Positions 39,224-51,870 of a stretch of DNA of 63,425 nucleotides are shown here, piece after piece. How positions within the stretch are numbered: the first letter of the stretch is position 1; each line of letters opens with the position of its first letter. This stretch comes from Gracilinanus agilis. Lineage: Eukaryota. Position numbers and translations under genes: made by a program. The stretch is taken from the NCBI RefSeq assembly GCF_016433145.1, contig NC_058132.1:293587292-293650716 (forward strand). Direction: 5' to 3'. The notes under the pieces were generated by a model that had not been told where the DNA came from, made no database searches, and worked only from the letters and a program-made list of their open reading frames with translations.

Positions 39224-41173
39224 GTAACTTGATGTGCTGAAATGCAAAAATATTTTCAGCAACAAGATACAAAAAGTATCTGAACAATAACATCAGCTGA
39301 TTAAAAAAAGAGGCTGGCCGGTTTGATGCAAGTGTTTATACATATATTATGAATTTTCTAAATCATATTCACCCCAATACTGGTCTTTAAATCATTTTAA
39401 CAAATGTGTTTATTTCCAAAACAGGACTCATTTAAGTTAAGCCTTCATTCTAAACACCAAATACATAATTAACTGGACTGCTATGCATGATGATGAAGTC
39501 AAACATCAGAAGAATTCCCACAAATTCCCCTTCAAATATAAAGTCCATTTACTGCAAACAGAAAATAAGCTGTGAGTCTAATTCAATTCAGCAAACATTT
39601 ATTAAGCACCTACTATGTGCAGAGAACTGGTTAAACTAGTTTCATCTTGATAGTTTATAGGAAGCTCTGTGTGTGTGTGTGCATTTGTATGTGAGTGTTG
39701 TATATCTTTCCATCACCAGTGACCAATATTACAATTTCAAATAAATGAGGTTAACACTTGTAATTTGAAAAAGTTTTTATCTAGACAGAAATATTGAATT
39801 TAAACTATGAAAACTTAAAATTTAATTCTTAAAATACTTATTTTTGGACAATGAGATGACTGTAATGATAAATATCTGATGTGTTTGAATTAGGGGAGAA
39901 AAAAAAATCAATTCTCTTCCTGTTCAAGAATACTGTGACTGACTGCATTGAATTTTTTTTTAAAAAATCATCTGAATAAAGGGTATGTTAGATTTTAAGA
40001 ATGTCTATATCAATTATACATCTGCAAAGGAGATGTGCTTTCTGATTTCAATTGTAAGCTTACTGCAATGTCAAAGAGTTAAATAAATTAATCCATTGTT
40101 TTAAAAATTTACTTCCAATCTAATTTAATTATGTATCAGTAATAGCTGAGAAATGAAATTTTAATGTTTTATAATAGAAGTCCTAAAAAGGCACTGTATT
40201 TTCTTAGTTCAGTATGCAGTAAATTGACCATATAAAAAAGTATTTTATAGCTTTCTTGCCTCCTGAACTGCATTCCTAAATAAGTTAAAATGAAATATGT
40301 GAAACAAACCTGTAATTTCAAGATTTAACTGAGTCCTATTTTCAGAAAAATCTATCTCTGTAAAAATATCACACACACATACATACAGGCGTGTATATAC
40401 ACGCAACATGACCACACAACACATGCAAGATTCTCCAAAAAAGTTTGAAGGTGGGAGACGTGAATATTTAAGGAGGTAATGTTGGCAAGCCAAAATATTA
40501 TGGCACCTTCATACTTGTGCTCCAAACACTTGTACAGTTTTAAAAAACAAAACACACATGTACATAACAAACTGTTTTAAAATCTTAGCCTGAATAAGAA
40601 CATTTCATAATGGTTATTTTTTAACATAGAACATTTGAAATTAATCACTACATTTCTAGGGAAAAGCTCCCTCTGAAGTGACAAAAAAGGGACATAAAAG
40701 CAAGCTGGTGATTCAAAAGGACAAAAATGTTCTGGACAGTCCCCACTGAGAATGTTGCATGGGGTTTAAATGCAACCAAAGAGTTAATAATGAATGCATC
40801 CACTTGAGAATACAGCAACTGTTTACCTTTTCCTTAAGACATAACAAAACTGTAATATACATAATAAATAAAAATAAGCAAAACAACTGCCATACAATTT
40901 TCTGTTAGTGTAAGGAAGGTATGCATTGTATTATCTGAAAAGTGGACATTTTTACAAACGTAGATATTCTTACAGCACAGTGTTTGACATTTTTGGTACA
41001 AAATGTGCTATTGAGCTTTTAAAAATCTTTATAATAAAATCCTTAAGCTCTCCAATAGACAGTTATATTATATTAGAAGAAGCTGAAGTGAATATTACAC
41101 AGTAATAAACATTACTGTATTTTAGAGCTATAGTTTTTAGCAGTGAATTATGCATGGTGTGATGTGTGTAATT

Positions 41174-41211
41174 ACACACACACACAATCACACACACTCA
41201 CACACTCACTC

Positions 41212-41244
<33 letters not shown>
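41174..41244. repeat. Compound (CA)n/(CT)n microsatellite in the SPOPL 3' UTR
   Basis: Read directly. Confidence 0.95.
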
Positions 41245-41249
<5 letters not shown>

Positions 41250-43469
41250 TAATATAATACATGGCAGAAAAAATTCACTATACTGAGGTGGAGGAAACAT
41301 TATGTATACCCAGGTAGCCAGTCTGGGAGATCTCTAGCAGGATTTAAATTTATTTCTTAAATGAAAATAATCAACTTAACATTGTAAACACGTATAGCTC
41401 AATCTCATAGTGGAGACAGGGAAGTGTGTTTTTACTTTTCTTACTGCTCCAAAGGACAGAAATAGCCCATTATCAGGGAAGGAATCTTCTGTTCAACTTT
41501 AATCTTTCTGCTTGCCTAAGGGATGCTTCCAATTTCAAAACTGACATAATAATACAGTTAAAACCAGAGAAAGAGATTTACAGATTTGAAAGGTTGAACC
41601 TTTAAATGCTTTTCAGTTTGTAAGTAAATGCTTACTTTTCAGTGTTAAGTGTAAATACGCATACATTCTCTTCCTTAAACATAGGATTACTAATGAACAC
41701 CTGGGAAATACAAATTATTTTGGAAGATAAAATTTAAATTTCCTTTATCCTGTACTGTAAAACTCTACAGGTAAATTACAATCCTTTGTGCATAAATTTA
41801 TAAATGTAAATATATATATATATATATTTAATATGCTTTATTTTCCAGTGAGACACTTCTTCCTTTGTGGTCAAACAAAAAAATTTGCCTAGTATCAATT
41901 TATATATTATCACTATTACAGTCAATTTAAAGCAGTAACTCAATAGTTACTCTCCTGCTCTTCCCATACTGTGCACCATTGCAGATATGTCACCCCCCCC
42001 CCTCAAATTGTAAACAAAGCTATTGAACACTGAAAATGTTATTTAAAGCTAAAATTCATTTATAATAAAGAACTGGCCCATGAAAAGGAGTTTTCGAATG
42101 GTTTGTCCTGTTCACATTATGCAGAATTTCAATATCATCCACAATGCACATTAACTTAAGACAGAAAGGAGAGGAAAACAATGCTTCAAAATGTGGTCTG
42201 AGTTACTTATCATAAAGATGAATAGGGAGGGGAAGGGGGGTGTCTCTCCTCTAGTGTGCACATCCCTTTAAGAGAAAACAGATAGTTGCACACTATTTTT
42301 CATAAAAGGAAAAAGAGGAGAATAAGCTGCCCAGGATTGTTTTATTATGTGCCTTCTTTGAAGGGAGAGTACATCAGTTACTTAATGTGTATGAAATTCA
42401 GAATCAATTCATTGCCTTGTTATTTTCCTTGTCCAAGGTATTAAAATGAGTGTCCCAGTTGGCTCCAAATACCCTAATTTTTCTTTCCAAAAGTTAAGAC
42501 ATATTAACTGTACCTCATTACTTCAATCAAAAGCAAAATATATATGTACCACTCAGTATACAAAAAACTTACACATTAAAAGTGCATATTTATCATTCTT
42601 AATTTGGCCCATTAATTTAATTTCATTTGGTCATTATATATGTATACTTTCTGCATGTCCAGGAATCTTTATATAAGCGAGGGTCAAAATAAATAGAAAA
42701 TTTCTAAGAGCAAAGAGTATTCTTTTTGACATCTTAACCTTAATTCTCAAACATCATTAACTAGGGCATGAAGAAACACAAGCAAAATTTTATTATGTGT
42801 TTCTCAAAGTTTGTTGGACAGTTAACATACAGACATGTATTACAAACTGTACTGAAAATACAATTCTTTCAGGCCAAACCATTGCATATTTGCCCCTACA
42901 ATGAAAAATAAATTAGAATCAAAGTAGTGTATTGCCATAACTTACCTTGAAGGTAAGCAAGCTCTCCTGTATTCACAAGACTTGGACTGGAGCATATCCG
43001 TGGTAATCTCCAATTCAAGTGCTTTTGAGGAGAGCCTAGTTTTAACCTTCGAGATAGCACAGGACCAAAACTATAAAATTCATTTTGTTTTTTCAAAATA
43101 ATGGAAGATCCTTTTGAAACTTAATATCTTTAGTTATCAATTTTACTGCATTATGGAGCTAGTGCAATCCTGCATAGCCTAGTCAAAAAGACAAGGCACA
43201 ATTCAAAAAAAAAAATTAGCCTATATGAACTAGAGAAGTCATTGAAGATAATTTAAGGCCTTGCAGTGAATTAGAGAGTAATCAGTCTAATTTAAAGCTG
43301 AAGATTAAACCATAAATTATCCATCTGAAAAGCAAACAATGCTTTTTCAGCTTCTGTTCTGTGGACAAGGATAACAAAAACAATTCTTGTTTATGGTTTG
43401 AATATTAGAATCCATCTGGACCTGGAGGAGTAAAAGTCAATTGAGTTTTTCTAAAGTTCACGGAAGATT

Positions 43470-43614
43470 TCAAGACTGTTTTAGTCGTTTGCGTGGAATA
43501 CCAAACTGTGGACACTGTGCAGATGCTAGTGCTCGGAAGGCCTCTGCCACTAAATGAGGGTGGGACTGAATCATAGACTTCCAGCCTGCTGTTTCCATTA
43601 TGTCTGTTGTTTGG
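43470..43614 (-). CDS. SPOPL: SPOPL last coding exon, 145 nt coding: (N)[47 protein letters not shown]
   Basis: C-terminal basic NLS (PRKRLK) and TGA stop at 43470-43472. The seven exons total 827 nt, which fits a 392-aa protein if 352 nt of CDS lie upstream of the window. Confidence 0.98.
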
Positions 43615-44026
43615 CTGAAAAATAAAGTGAATGGAACATTTAATTAAACATACTTCACAAAAATCTAACATTAAAAGGAATAAAAGTAACAGCCATAGAA
43701 TTCAAAATGTTTTAAAACTTTCTTTAAAAAAGGGTTATGTTAACAATAAAACATGTTTTACTCATGTAATGCCAAACTAGTGTGACTGATTTATTCACTT
43801 TTCAACTAATTTCAATTATTAAATATTTTCATTTATTTGTTCAAACTGTGATTCCTGAGTGCTTATATACAAATTATGTAATTAAGACACCATGTAAATG
43901 ATAAACTTAAACCTACTTGCTATTTTCTCAGATAGTACCTTATAACATCATCTAATACCAAGCAGATATACATATTGAAAAACTACCTGTTTGCTTTATT
44001 TCAAAGCAATTTATCCTTCTAAGAAG

Positions 44027-44197
44027 GAAGCTAAGTAGGCCAGTAGCTAGAATGTCTAGTTCAAATGTGGTCTCAAGACACTATAGGTTGTTTGACCCAA
44101 GACAAATCACTTACTATAATTGCCTAGACCTCACTGCTCTTCTGTCTTAAAATTTAGTATTGACTCCAAGACAGAAGGTAAAGGTTAAAATAAATAC

Positions 44198-44259
<62 letters not shown>

Positions 44260-44262
44260 ATA
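44027..44262 (+). mobile_element. Older SINE1-like SINE with a (TA)n tail (44197-44262)
   Basis: Body motif agtattgactccaagacagaaggtaaagg. Confidence 0.8.
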
Positions 44263-44982
44263 TTTTCTATGATCACTAACCTGGCTTGAATATACCAGTG
44301 AAGATAACAATAACTGAGAAACAATACCTTATTTTTACTTTCTCAGGGAACTAACGTTCAAAAGAAAGAATTCAATACTCGGCAGTTTTCAAAGTCCAGC
44401 CAATCCTTACCAGAAGCTTTTTGCCAGGAGTTACTCTACATTATAGTTTGCTAATATGTAAAATGTGGATTCCTACACCTCATGAAAGGACTATTGTAAA
44501 ATAAAATGATGCAAATAAAGCAATGTATATGATATACATAAATTTTTAAGTTCTACATAAATGTCCGTTATGTAGGTCAAATTACCAGAGAAATTGGATA
44601 GTTTCTAGACCTGGCATAAAATATAATCAAAACATTTTAGAGTTGAACTTTTCAAACATGGGAGGTTGCTAAACCATGTAAAAATGAGTTTTGTCAAAAC
44701 TGTTCCTTAAACAGAAATTTCTTCTTCTTCACAATAACATCATGTCACTTAATCACTTAAAATAATGGCATTAAAATGTTATTGGCATGATCTAAATCGG
44801 ACAAATATGGAAACAGAACAGAAAAATGAAAATTCTCTATTCTCTTTCTCACATTTTGGATGATGGAAGGCTACAAAGCTACTTTCAAAAATTATGCAAA
44901 TTCATATTAATAGATAAGGCTCTTAAGCCTACAGAAATATTTACAGCTTTCAAATTAAAAAGAGAAGCTGATATCATCTTAC

Positions 44983-45036
44983 TTGCTGTTCCAGTTTTTC
45001 CCATCTTTACACCCAAACTGTCGAAGTACACTGCAC
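44983..45036 (-). CDS. SPOPL: SPOPL-specific 54-nt exon (18-aa BACK insert): (R)CSVLRQFGCKDGKNWNS(N)
   Basis: This insert distinguishes SPOPL from SPOP. 89-nt upstream intron; acceptor cattgtAG, donor GTaaga. Confidence 0.97.
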
Positions 45037-45125
45037 CTACAATGAAAATGTAAGCAAACTTAAGGAATTTTGTTTGGGCAAAGATGTTAAGATAGCAAGC
45101 TCATTGAAATCTAGACATCACTAAC

Positions 45126-45268
45126 CTATTAATGAACTCTATTGCTTGTGCTTTCAATTGTTCTGCACTGTGCAAATCTGCAAGGATAAGGATGTCAGCA
45201 ACATTTTCTACTGAGAGGTTACTACACAAAGCTTCTTCACACATCACCTTCAGCCGATCCAGTGCGTA
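45126..45268 (-). CDS. SPOPL: SPOPL coding exon (BTB end/BACK), 143 nt: [47 protein letters not shown](R)
   Basis: Translation match. Acceptor ttttcctttccaatAG, donor GTtagt. Confidence 0.98.
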
Positions 45269-47477
45269 CTATTGGAAAGGAAAACACAAAACAATTATAC
45301 CTTTATTCAAACCATTAATTATTGAAATTAATATAATACATGCAATTTAGAAGATAGTCAAAGCAAATCCAGGAAACTGAGGGCATTCTAAGAGTCTAAC
45401 CTCCACTCACTATGGAAATATCTTTTTAATATTACAAAAAAATACAGTCCCTAAAATGTATATGTAGAAATAAATTAATGAGGGAAGGGAGAAATGGATT
45501 GAACAGAGCCGGGACAAGGTTTTTGAATGCCTTATGAGTTCTGAAAACTGTACCACACTGAATTGTACAAATCGAATTAAAGATTAAAAAAAGAAGAAAA
45601 GAAAGAATTCTTGATAAAACCTAACTTCCTTCATTATTGTGTGCCTAGGAAGAATATGGTACTGGGGGGCTCAGAACTTTTTGCTGTGATGTGAGCTGTC
45701 ACAAAATATACCATAGATAAAGTGGAATTTTCTGCCATAAAAAATAGCAAATTTGTTAGTACTAAAAAAAGTGTCCATCAACACATTTAAGGCAGGTGCT
45801 TAGCCCTAGTCCCAGCTCTGGACTTGTAGTAGTCCTTAATATAATCTGAAATAAACACGAATACCCCTTTGGGTAAAAGATAAAATTTTCTTTCTGAAAT
45901 TGTGATATATACAGTAAGGAGTCATTCAACAAAACCACAATTAAAAGTTCTTAAAGAATAGTTTTCTCCTATGATCTACTGCTCATTTCTTTCTATATCA
46001 GAGTGGAGACTGTTACAACATACTGGGTATTTATTGCTAATTTTTTTTAAGTCACTACTTATTATATTAAAAATATTAACAAAGCCAAAGAACTTGCTCA
46101 TAACTGTCAAGTAATAGTTAAAGACTATTCTGACCATACCTAACATACATATATTTAACTATAGGACTGCTTACTTATATGTAATAATAGAAATGTATAT
46201 TTGCATATAAGTTATACTTAACTTCAGGATAGCTTTACCTACATCAAGACCAAATGTACATGTGGCTAGAAAAAGTGACTAAGCATCAAATGAATGAAAA
46301 CATCACCCCCAACTTTTGAAATAATTATATTAGTGAATTTCTGAAACCTGTCTGCTGTTCCTTTGGGAGATATCAGTTGTGGAAGCATAACCATGACCAT
46401 AACCATGACCAAGACAGTACTCAGTTCACAGCAGGTCCTTAAAGAAATTGAATGCAATAATTAGAGTGGCAATATATTTCATTGTCTCTGGGTTGCTAAA
46501 TAGCTGCTACATCAATATTATTTTAAATAAGAATTAAGAACATTAACTTTATTCATTCATGTCTGCATAATAATAATGTGAGATTCCTTTAAGATGTAAA
46601 GAAGAATGTAGTACAGGCATTTTAAAACGTGTTCCTCTAAAATAAATGTTACAGCATTTTGAGGAGAAAAGATAATTTCTTATATTAAGGAAATAAGCAA
46701 AAAGAAACAACACTGATCGATCACTTTAAATGATGAGAGTCTGACCTAATAGTGTTAAGTTGTACACATCGTATTGTCATTAAAAGTCAAAATTTATTAG
46801 GGAACATACTTTTGTTTAGTTCATTAAGCAATCAAACCACAACTAGTAAATTCAGAGATACTTAACTTCTACTTGATGTTAAAATGAACTGGAATGAATA
46901 GCTAATTTAATTTACAATGAATGAACAACTCTTACCCCTAGAACTAACATCACAGTTATACATGGATTTGTATTATTATGTTACATATTAAAATGCTTAA
47001 TTTTTACAAGATTTTCAGTGGAATCATTTTATGGCAAGTGTCAAATTCTGGCAATTGTAAATGCATACATGTGCAGCACTGACTAAGAGGAATCAGCATA
47101 ATCATGTTGTTTTTATTAATAAAAAAAATTGTCATTGTTTATGTTATATTATCTGTTAGGACCAAAGGCATAAAAATGCATGCAAATCTTTGCTACTAAA
47201 AGCAAATATGATTTCCAAAGATCTTTCATTTCTCACAGATGATTTATTAAAATCAACCTACCTATAAAAAATTCACTTTATAACAAAAAGTTATCAAATA
47301 ATTTGCAAATATACACTTTAATTTGGCAGATTTCCTTCAATCTAATTAATTCACAGATAGAAATATGATGTAAAGGGTCAAATATAATTACTAGGATTTT
47401 TACACAGAAATCATACCAAGACCTCTTAATCATTTATCCTCAACTGAAGACTTTTTTGCTTTAAAACTAACATTAGA

Positions 47478-48035
47478 GGGGCAGCTAGGTGTCTTGGTGT
47501 ATAGAGTCATGGGCTAGAGATGGGAGATCTTGAGTTCAAATGAGGCCTCAGATATTTCCTAGCTGTAGGACCCTGGGCAAGTCCCTTAACCCCAAGTGCA
47601 AGTAAGAGGTTCTTAAAATTAATTATTAATTAGGAGGCAGGCAGTTGGCTCAGTGGATAGAGAACCAGGCCTAGAGACAGGAAGTCCTGAGTTCAAACCC
47701 AGTGTTGGACACTTCCTAGTTGTGTGATCCTGGGCAAGTTATTTAATCCCCATTATCCAAGCCTTACTATTCTTTTGCCTTAGAACAGTAATGGGCAAAC
47801 TTTTTAAAGAAGGGGCCAAAGGAAAGGAAATGCTCATCTGTCAGTCTGTTTCTAAGGCAATTCTTTCGAAGTTTCATTGTATTGTATCCTACTCATTGTA
47901 TTCGTCAGATTAGGAATGTCGTGCAGCCAGCTGGATAGAACATTTCAGGGGGCTGCATTTAGCCCACAGGTGGGGCCGTAGTTTGCCCATCACTGCCTAA
48001 GAATTAATTAGGACAGAAGGTAAGAGCTTTTCTTA
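47478..48035 (+). mobile_element. Two tandem SINE1_Mdo-like SINEs; the second is interrupted by a hAT MITE
   Basis: Heads at ~47478 and ~47634. The second SINE's 3' end resumes after the MITE (ggacagaaggtaagag). Confidence 0.85.
47786..47995 (+). mobile_element. hAT (Charlie-like) MITE, copy 1
   Basis: 16-bp TIR cagt(g/a)atgggcaaact; 8-bp TSD ccttagaa/cctaagaa. Confidence 0.92.
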
Positions 48036-49136
48036 AATAATAATTAAATAAATAAAAATAATAAAACAGACAAGTTTCTCTAATGATATCTGCCATTAGA
48101 ATATCACTACTATGTAGCACTTTAAGATTTATTAAACACCTATTTCACATTATTTCCTTATAACAATACTTTCAGGTAGTAATTTAGTTTATTTTCATTT
48201 TCAAAAAATAAGAAAAATGAGTTTTAAACAATTTATGTGATTTTTCTAGACCTGGGTAAACCTAAATTCAAATGCATTTCAAGTATTCTTTCTGGCATAC
48301 TGTATTATTTAGGTGAATTAGTTTATTTAGTGATTATACTAAAGTACTCCTAGATAACCAATTCTGCATTATGCAAGTGTGGATTAGCATGAACTATATT
48401 ACTCATTATTATTCATTAACTTCACCTTTATTAACTAGTATTAATTTGAGCTACTTAGCTAGTCAGTGATTTGTTGCAAGCTTAAAGAATGAATATAATT
48501 TTTAATATCAGTATAAGAAGGAAAATATAAATAAGAACATTCTGATATGGGAAGAGAAATAGTATAATTCTTTTCAAAGCAAGAATTTGTAAATTTCCTG
48601 ATATTTCAGATCACATTCCCTCAATTCCCCAAACTACAACATTAAGCAATTTTCCGTACAAATGCTCATTTTTAAGTCTAATTTCTAAAGGAAAAATTAT
48701 ACAACACAATTGGATTTTTAAAAAGCCATATGAATAAGTGCTTTGCAAAATAGATTTCATAAGTATTTATGAAAATAAAAATGCATACCATTTCATATTT
48801 ACTGTGATAAGAGACTATTCTAAAAGCAAAATACTTAGAGGGGATAAAAATACACTTAAAAACTATTGAGCAGTTCACAATTGAATTTTGACCCCAAAAT
48901 ATTTTCCCTAGCAATCTAACAGTTTTGCTATAACTTGTTTCCAATGTATTTTTATGACTTGTTCATTTCCAAACACCCTTTTCTCAACATTTTCTCACTG
49001 GACATTATTTCAAAAGAACCATCATAAGAGTCATCTACAAAAAAAAAAACAAATTATTCCTACAGTTCAAGACATTTAACGATTTTGTTTTTTATGATAG
49101 CTTTAAATAAACATTAAGCTTGAGGACATTTTTTTA

Positions 49137-49286
<150 letters not shown>

Positions 49287-49454
49287 TTACGGAAAATAAA
49301 AAGAGAAAAACATGAACCAGAATTAATCTTTTTTAAAAAACAAAATGAAACCTAGTTTACTTGTTTCTGAATAGCCTACAACTGTGAATTCAAAAATCTT
49401 AAATCCCTGTTTGAAGAATTTTATTTTGGCCCTAATGGATTTTTTTAAAAAAAC

Positions 49455-49641
49455 GTCTACCTTCAGTTGTAGAATCAATATTAAGTATTAATTCCAAGGA
49501 GAAAAGCAGTAAGGGCTAGGCATTTGGGGTTAAACAACTTACCCAAGGACATATAGCTAGGAAATGTCTGAGGCCACACTTGAAACTAGTACCTCCAATC
49601 TTTGACCTGGTTTTTTATACACTGAGACACCTAGCTGCCTT
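49455..49641 (-). mobile_element. SINE1_Mdo-like SINE
   Basis: Reverse complement of the family body. Confidence 0.85.
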
Positions 49642-49999
49642 CCCTCAGTTTTGTTTTGTTTTTAAGTTAGAAAAGCTTTCAGTTCTATTTTTCTCCTATA
49701 TATAATTTTAACCAGAGATTCATTATTATGCAAATGCCTGAATGGTAGGCTGAGGAATTTGTTCTCTAAGAATCTCAAAAATTCTTCCATTAATTCTAAG
49801 AGCTCATGAAGATGCACTTCATAGTTAAGAGAAATAATGGCTGGATAGGAAAATTTTTAAAATCATTCCTAAGGGTTGAAAATCTGCTTGGGGATAGAGA
49901 ATAAAGGAAATGAACAGCATTGAGAAGACTCAATTAACAGCAGAATTGAAATTAAAGATAGCTAAGCTGCAGGCCAATGTCAGAAGGACACTGGAAATT

Positions 50000-50720
50000 T
50001 TGACCTAGGTGTCCCATAGGCACCACCTTTAACTCAATATGTTCAAAATGAAACTAATCCCCCATCCCCAACAAACCCATTTTTCGAATGTGAGGGCACT
50101 ACAATCTTCTAAATCATCTAAACTTCAACTCTTGAAGCATCCTTCATTCTTCCACAAATTCCATATTCAATCAGTAAGTCTTGTTGACTGTCTCTACAAT
50201 AGATTTTCCATCTGTATGTTTCTTTCTAGTACAGTTCCTCCTTACCTCTCATCTGTAATAGAATAGCTTTCTAATTCTTCTCATTGCTTCCAGTTCCCCA
50301 CCTCCAACCAAATCCACCCCTCCAGTCATTAAAAGATTATTATAATTGAAGTATAGGTATAACCATATCACTCAATCAAAGTTTCTGTGGATTCTCATTG
50401 AATTTAGGATAAAATGTAAACTTCCTGAGCATATAAAACCTTTGACAACTTAACTTCCAAACATACTTTCCATTTCTCACTCTTATGTAGGCCAAGCTTG
50501 TGTACTTGCTGTTCCTTCTACCTTTTCTCTTTACCACCTTATGCCTCTGCACAAGCTATATCTTATTTCTACATAAAGTTGAATTATTCCCCACTTGCAC
50601 GCTTGGAATCCCCAACTGTAGTAAGGAATCAACCCAAATGCCACCTCCTACTTGAAGTCTTTTAGAGCTTCATTCCACCTCTGTCTCCTACCCTCTCCCC
50701 CTCCCCCAATAAAAGCAAAA
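50000..50720 (+). mobile_element. L2 fragment
   Basis: ctcaatatgttcaaaatgaaactaatc and later L2 motifs. Confidence 0.7.
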
Positions 50721-50985
50721 GCTTCCTAGTCACCTAAATATAAACACAAGGCACATCTGAAGCTCCTTAAATTTGAACATTCTGATTATGGAACACAGTA
50801 CTATGGAAATAATGGAGTTGTGTCCATGTGAACCAATGCTATGTCCTTATTGAATATTCTTTCAACACTAGTATTAATATTTTTCATAAAATGTAAGTGG
50901 TCTAGAACTGTCTCAAAACATTAAAATGTCTAGCTTCATTTAGAACAGTGTACTATCTCCTTCCTATTACAGGCTAAAATTATTT

Positions 50986-51020
<35 letters not shown>

Positions 51021-51209
51021 TATATATAAAATCTGTGGAATTGCTAAAGTGCCACAGTAGAGGGAAAAAACTCCATGAGTATGTTTTGCTGTTATCATTT
51101 TTGCCTCCAAATCCTCAGTTTCTAGCACAAGACCTGGAATATACAAGGAATTTAATAAATGCTTGCTACACTGAATTAAACAAGAAAAAAGAAAATGACA
51201 GTCCTGACA

Positions 51210-51870
51210 TACTCTGCTATGGTTAGACTGCCTCTGAATTATCTCGTTCACTTCTGAGTACCACATTTAAAGAAAAAACATGTCTAGAAGGTGATGGAAC
51301 CATGCCATATGAAGACAGGTTTGAAGAAATGGGGCTTTTTAATCAGGAAAATAGTAGACTTAAAAAGGATATGTTAGCAGATAAGTGGTTCAATGGATGA
51401 TAGAGAGCCAGGCCTGGAGACAGGGAGTGCTGGGTTCAAATCTGAACACAGACATCCTTTCCTAGATGTGAAACCCTGGCAAATCACTTAATTCCAATTT
51501 CCTAGCTCTTACTGCTCTTCTGTTTTGGAACTGATACTTAGTATGCATTCTATGACAGAAGATAAGGTTTTTTATAAAAAGATCTATTAGATGTCAGTTT
51601 GTTCAGGTATATAAAAAAGTTTCACATAGATCATCTAGATCATAGATCATCTAGATCCTGATTTTTCCCCAGAAGAATTAAGAATAGATCCTGCAGAGGC
51701 AAACAAGACTTAAAAGAAAAATTAACAAAATATGTAACCAAAACTGAAAGGTAGTAGGTTCTCTTTTAATGGATCTTCAAGGAAAATGTAGACAATTGCT
51801 TGTCAGGTATATAGTTGAGAAATTTCTTGTTCAGCTTCATTTTTAATTTGTAGGTGGGATTAGTGGGCTC
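51210..51870 (+). mobile_element. CR1/L3 3' fragment with a nested SINE1 (~51375-51575) and a 16-bp tandem duplication (51625-51656)
   Basis: taccacatttaaag, ccatgccatatgaaga (L3); catagatcatctagat x2. Confidence 0.7.

Larger units (their letters stand above)
39200..43469 (-). other. SPOPL: Probable SPOPL 3' UTR (~4.3 kb)
   Basis: AT-rich and nearly TE-free, in contrast to the TE-dense DNA below ~38.2 kb. Runs from the stop codon to a good poly(A) signal. The 3' end is inferred. Confidence 0.65.

Noticed and set aside
42896-43096. 66-aa minus-strand ORF in the 3' UTR as an extra SPOPL coding exon
   Set aside because: SPOPL already terminates at 43470 with the expected C-terminus. No homology recognised and no convincing acceptor.
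43455-43472. Stop-codon readthrough of SPOPL
   Set aside because: The context is TGA-AAT, not the TGA-CTAG readthrough motif, and a second in-frame TGA follows after three codons.
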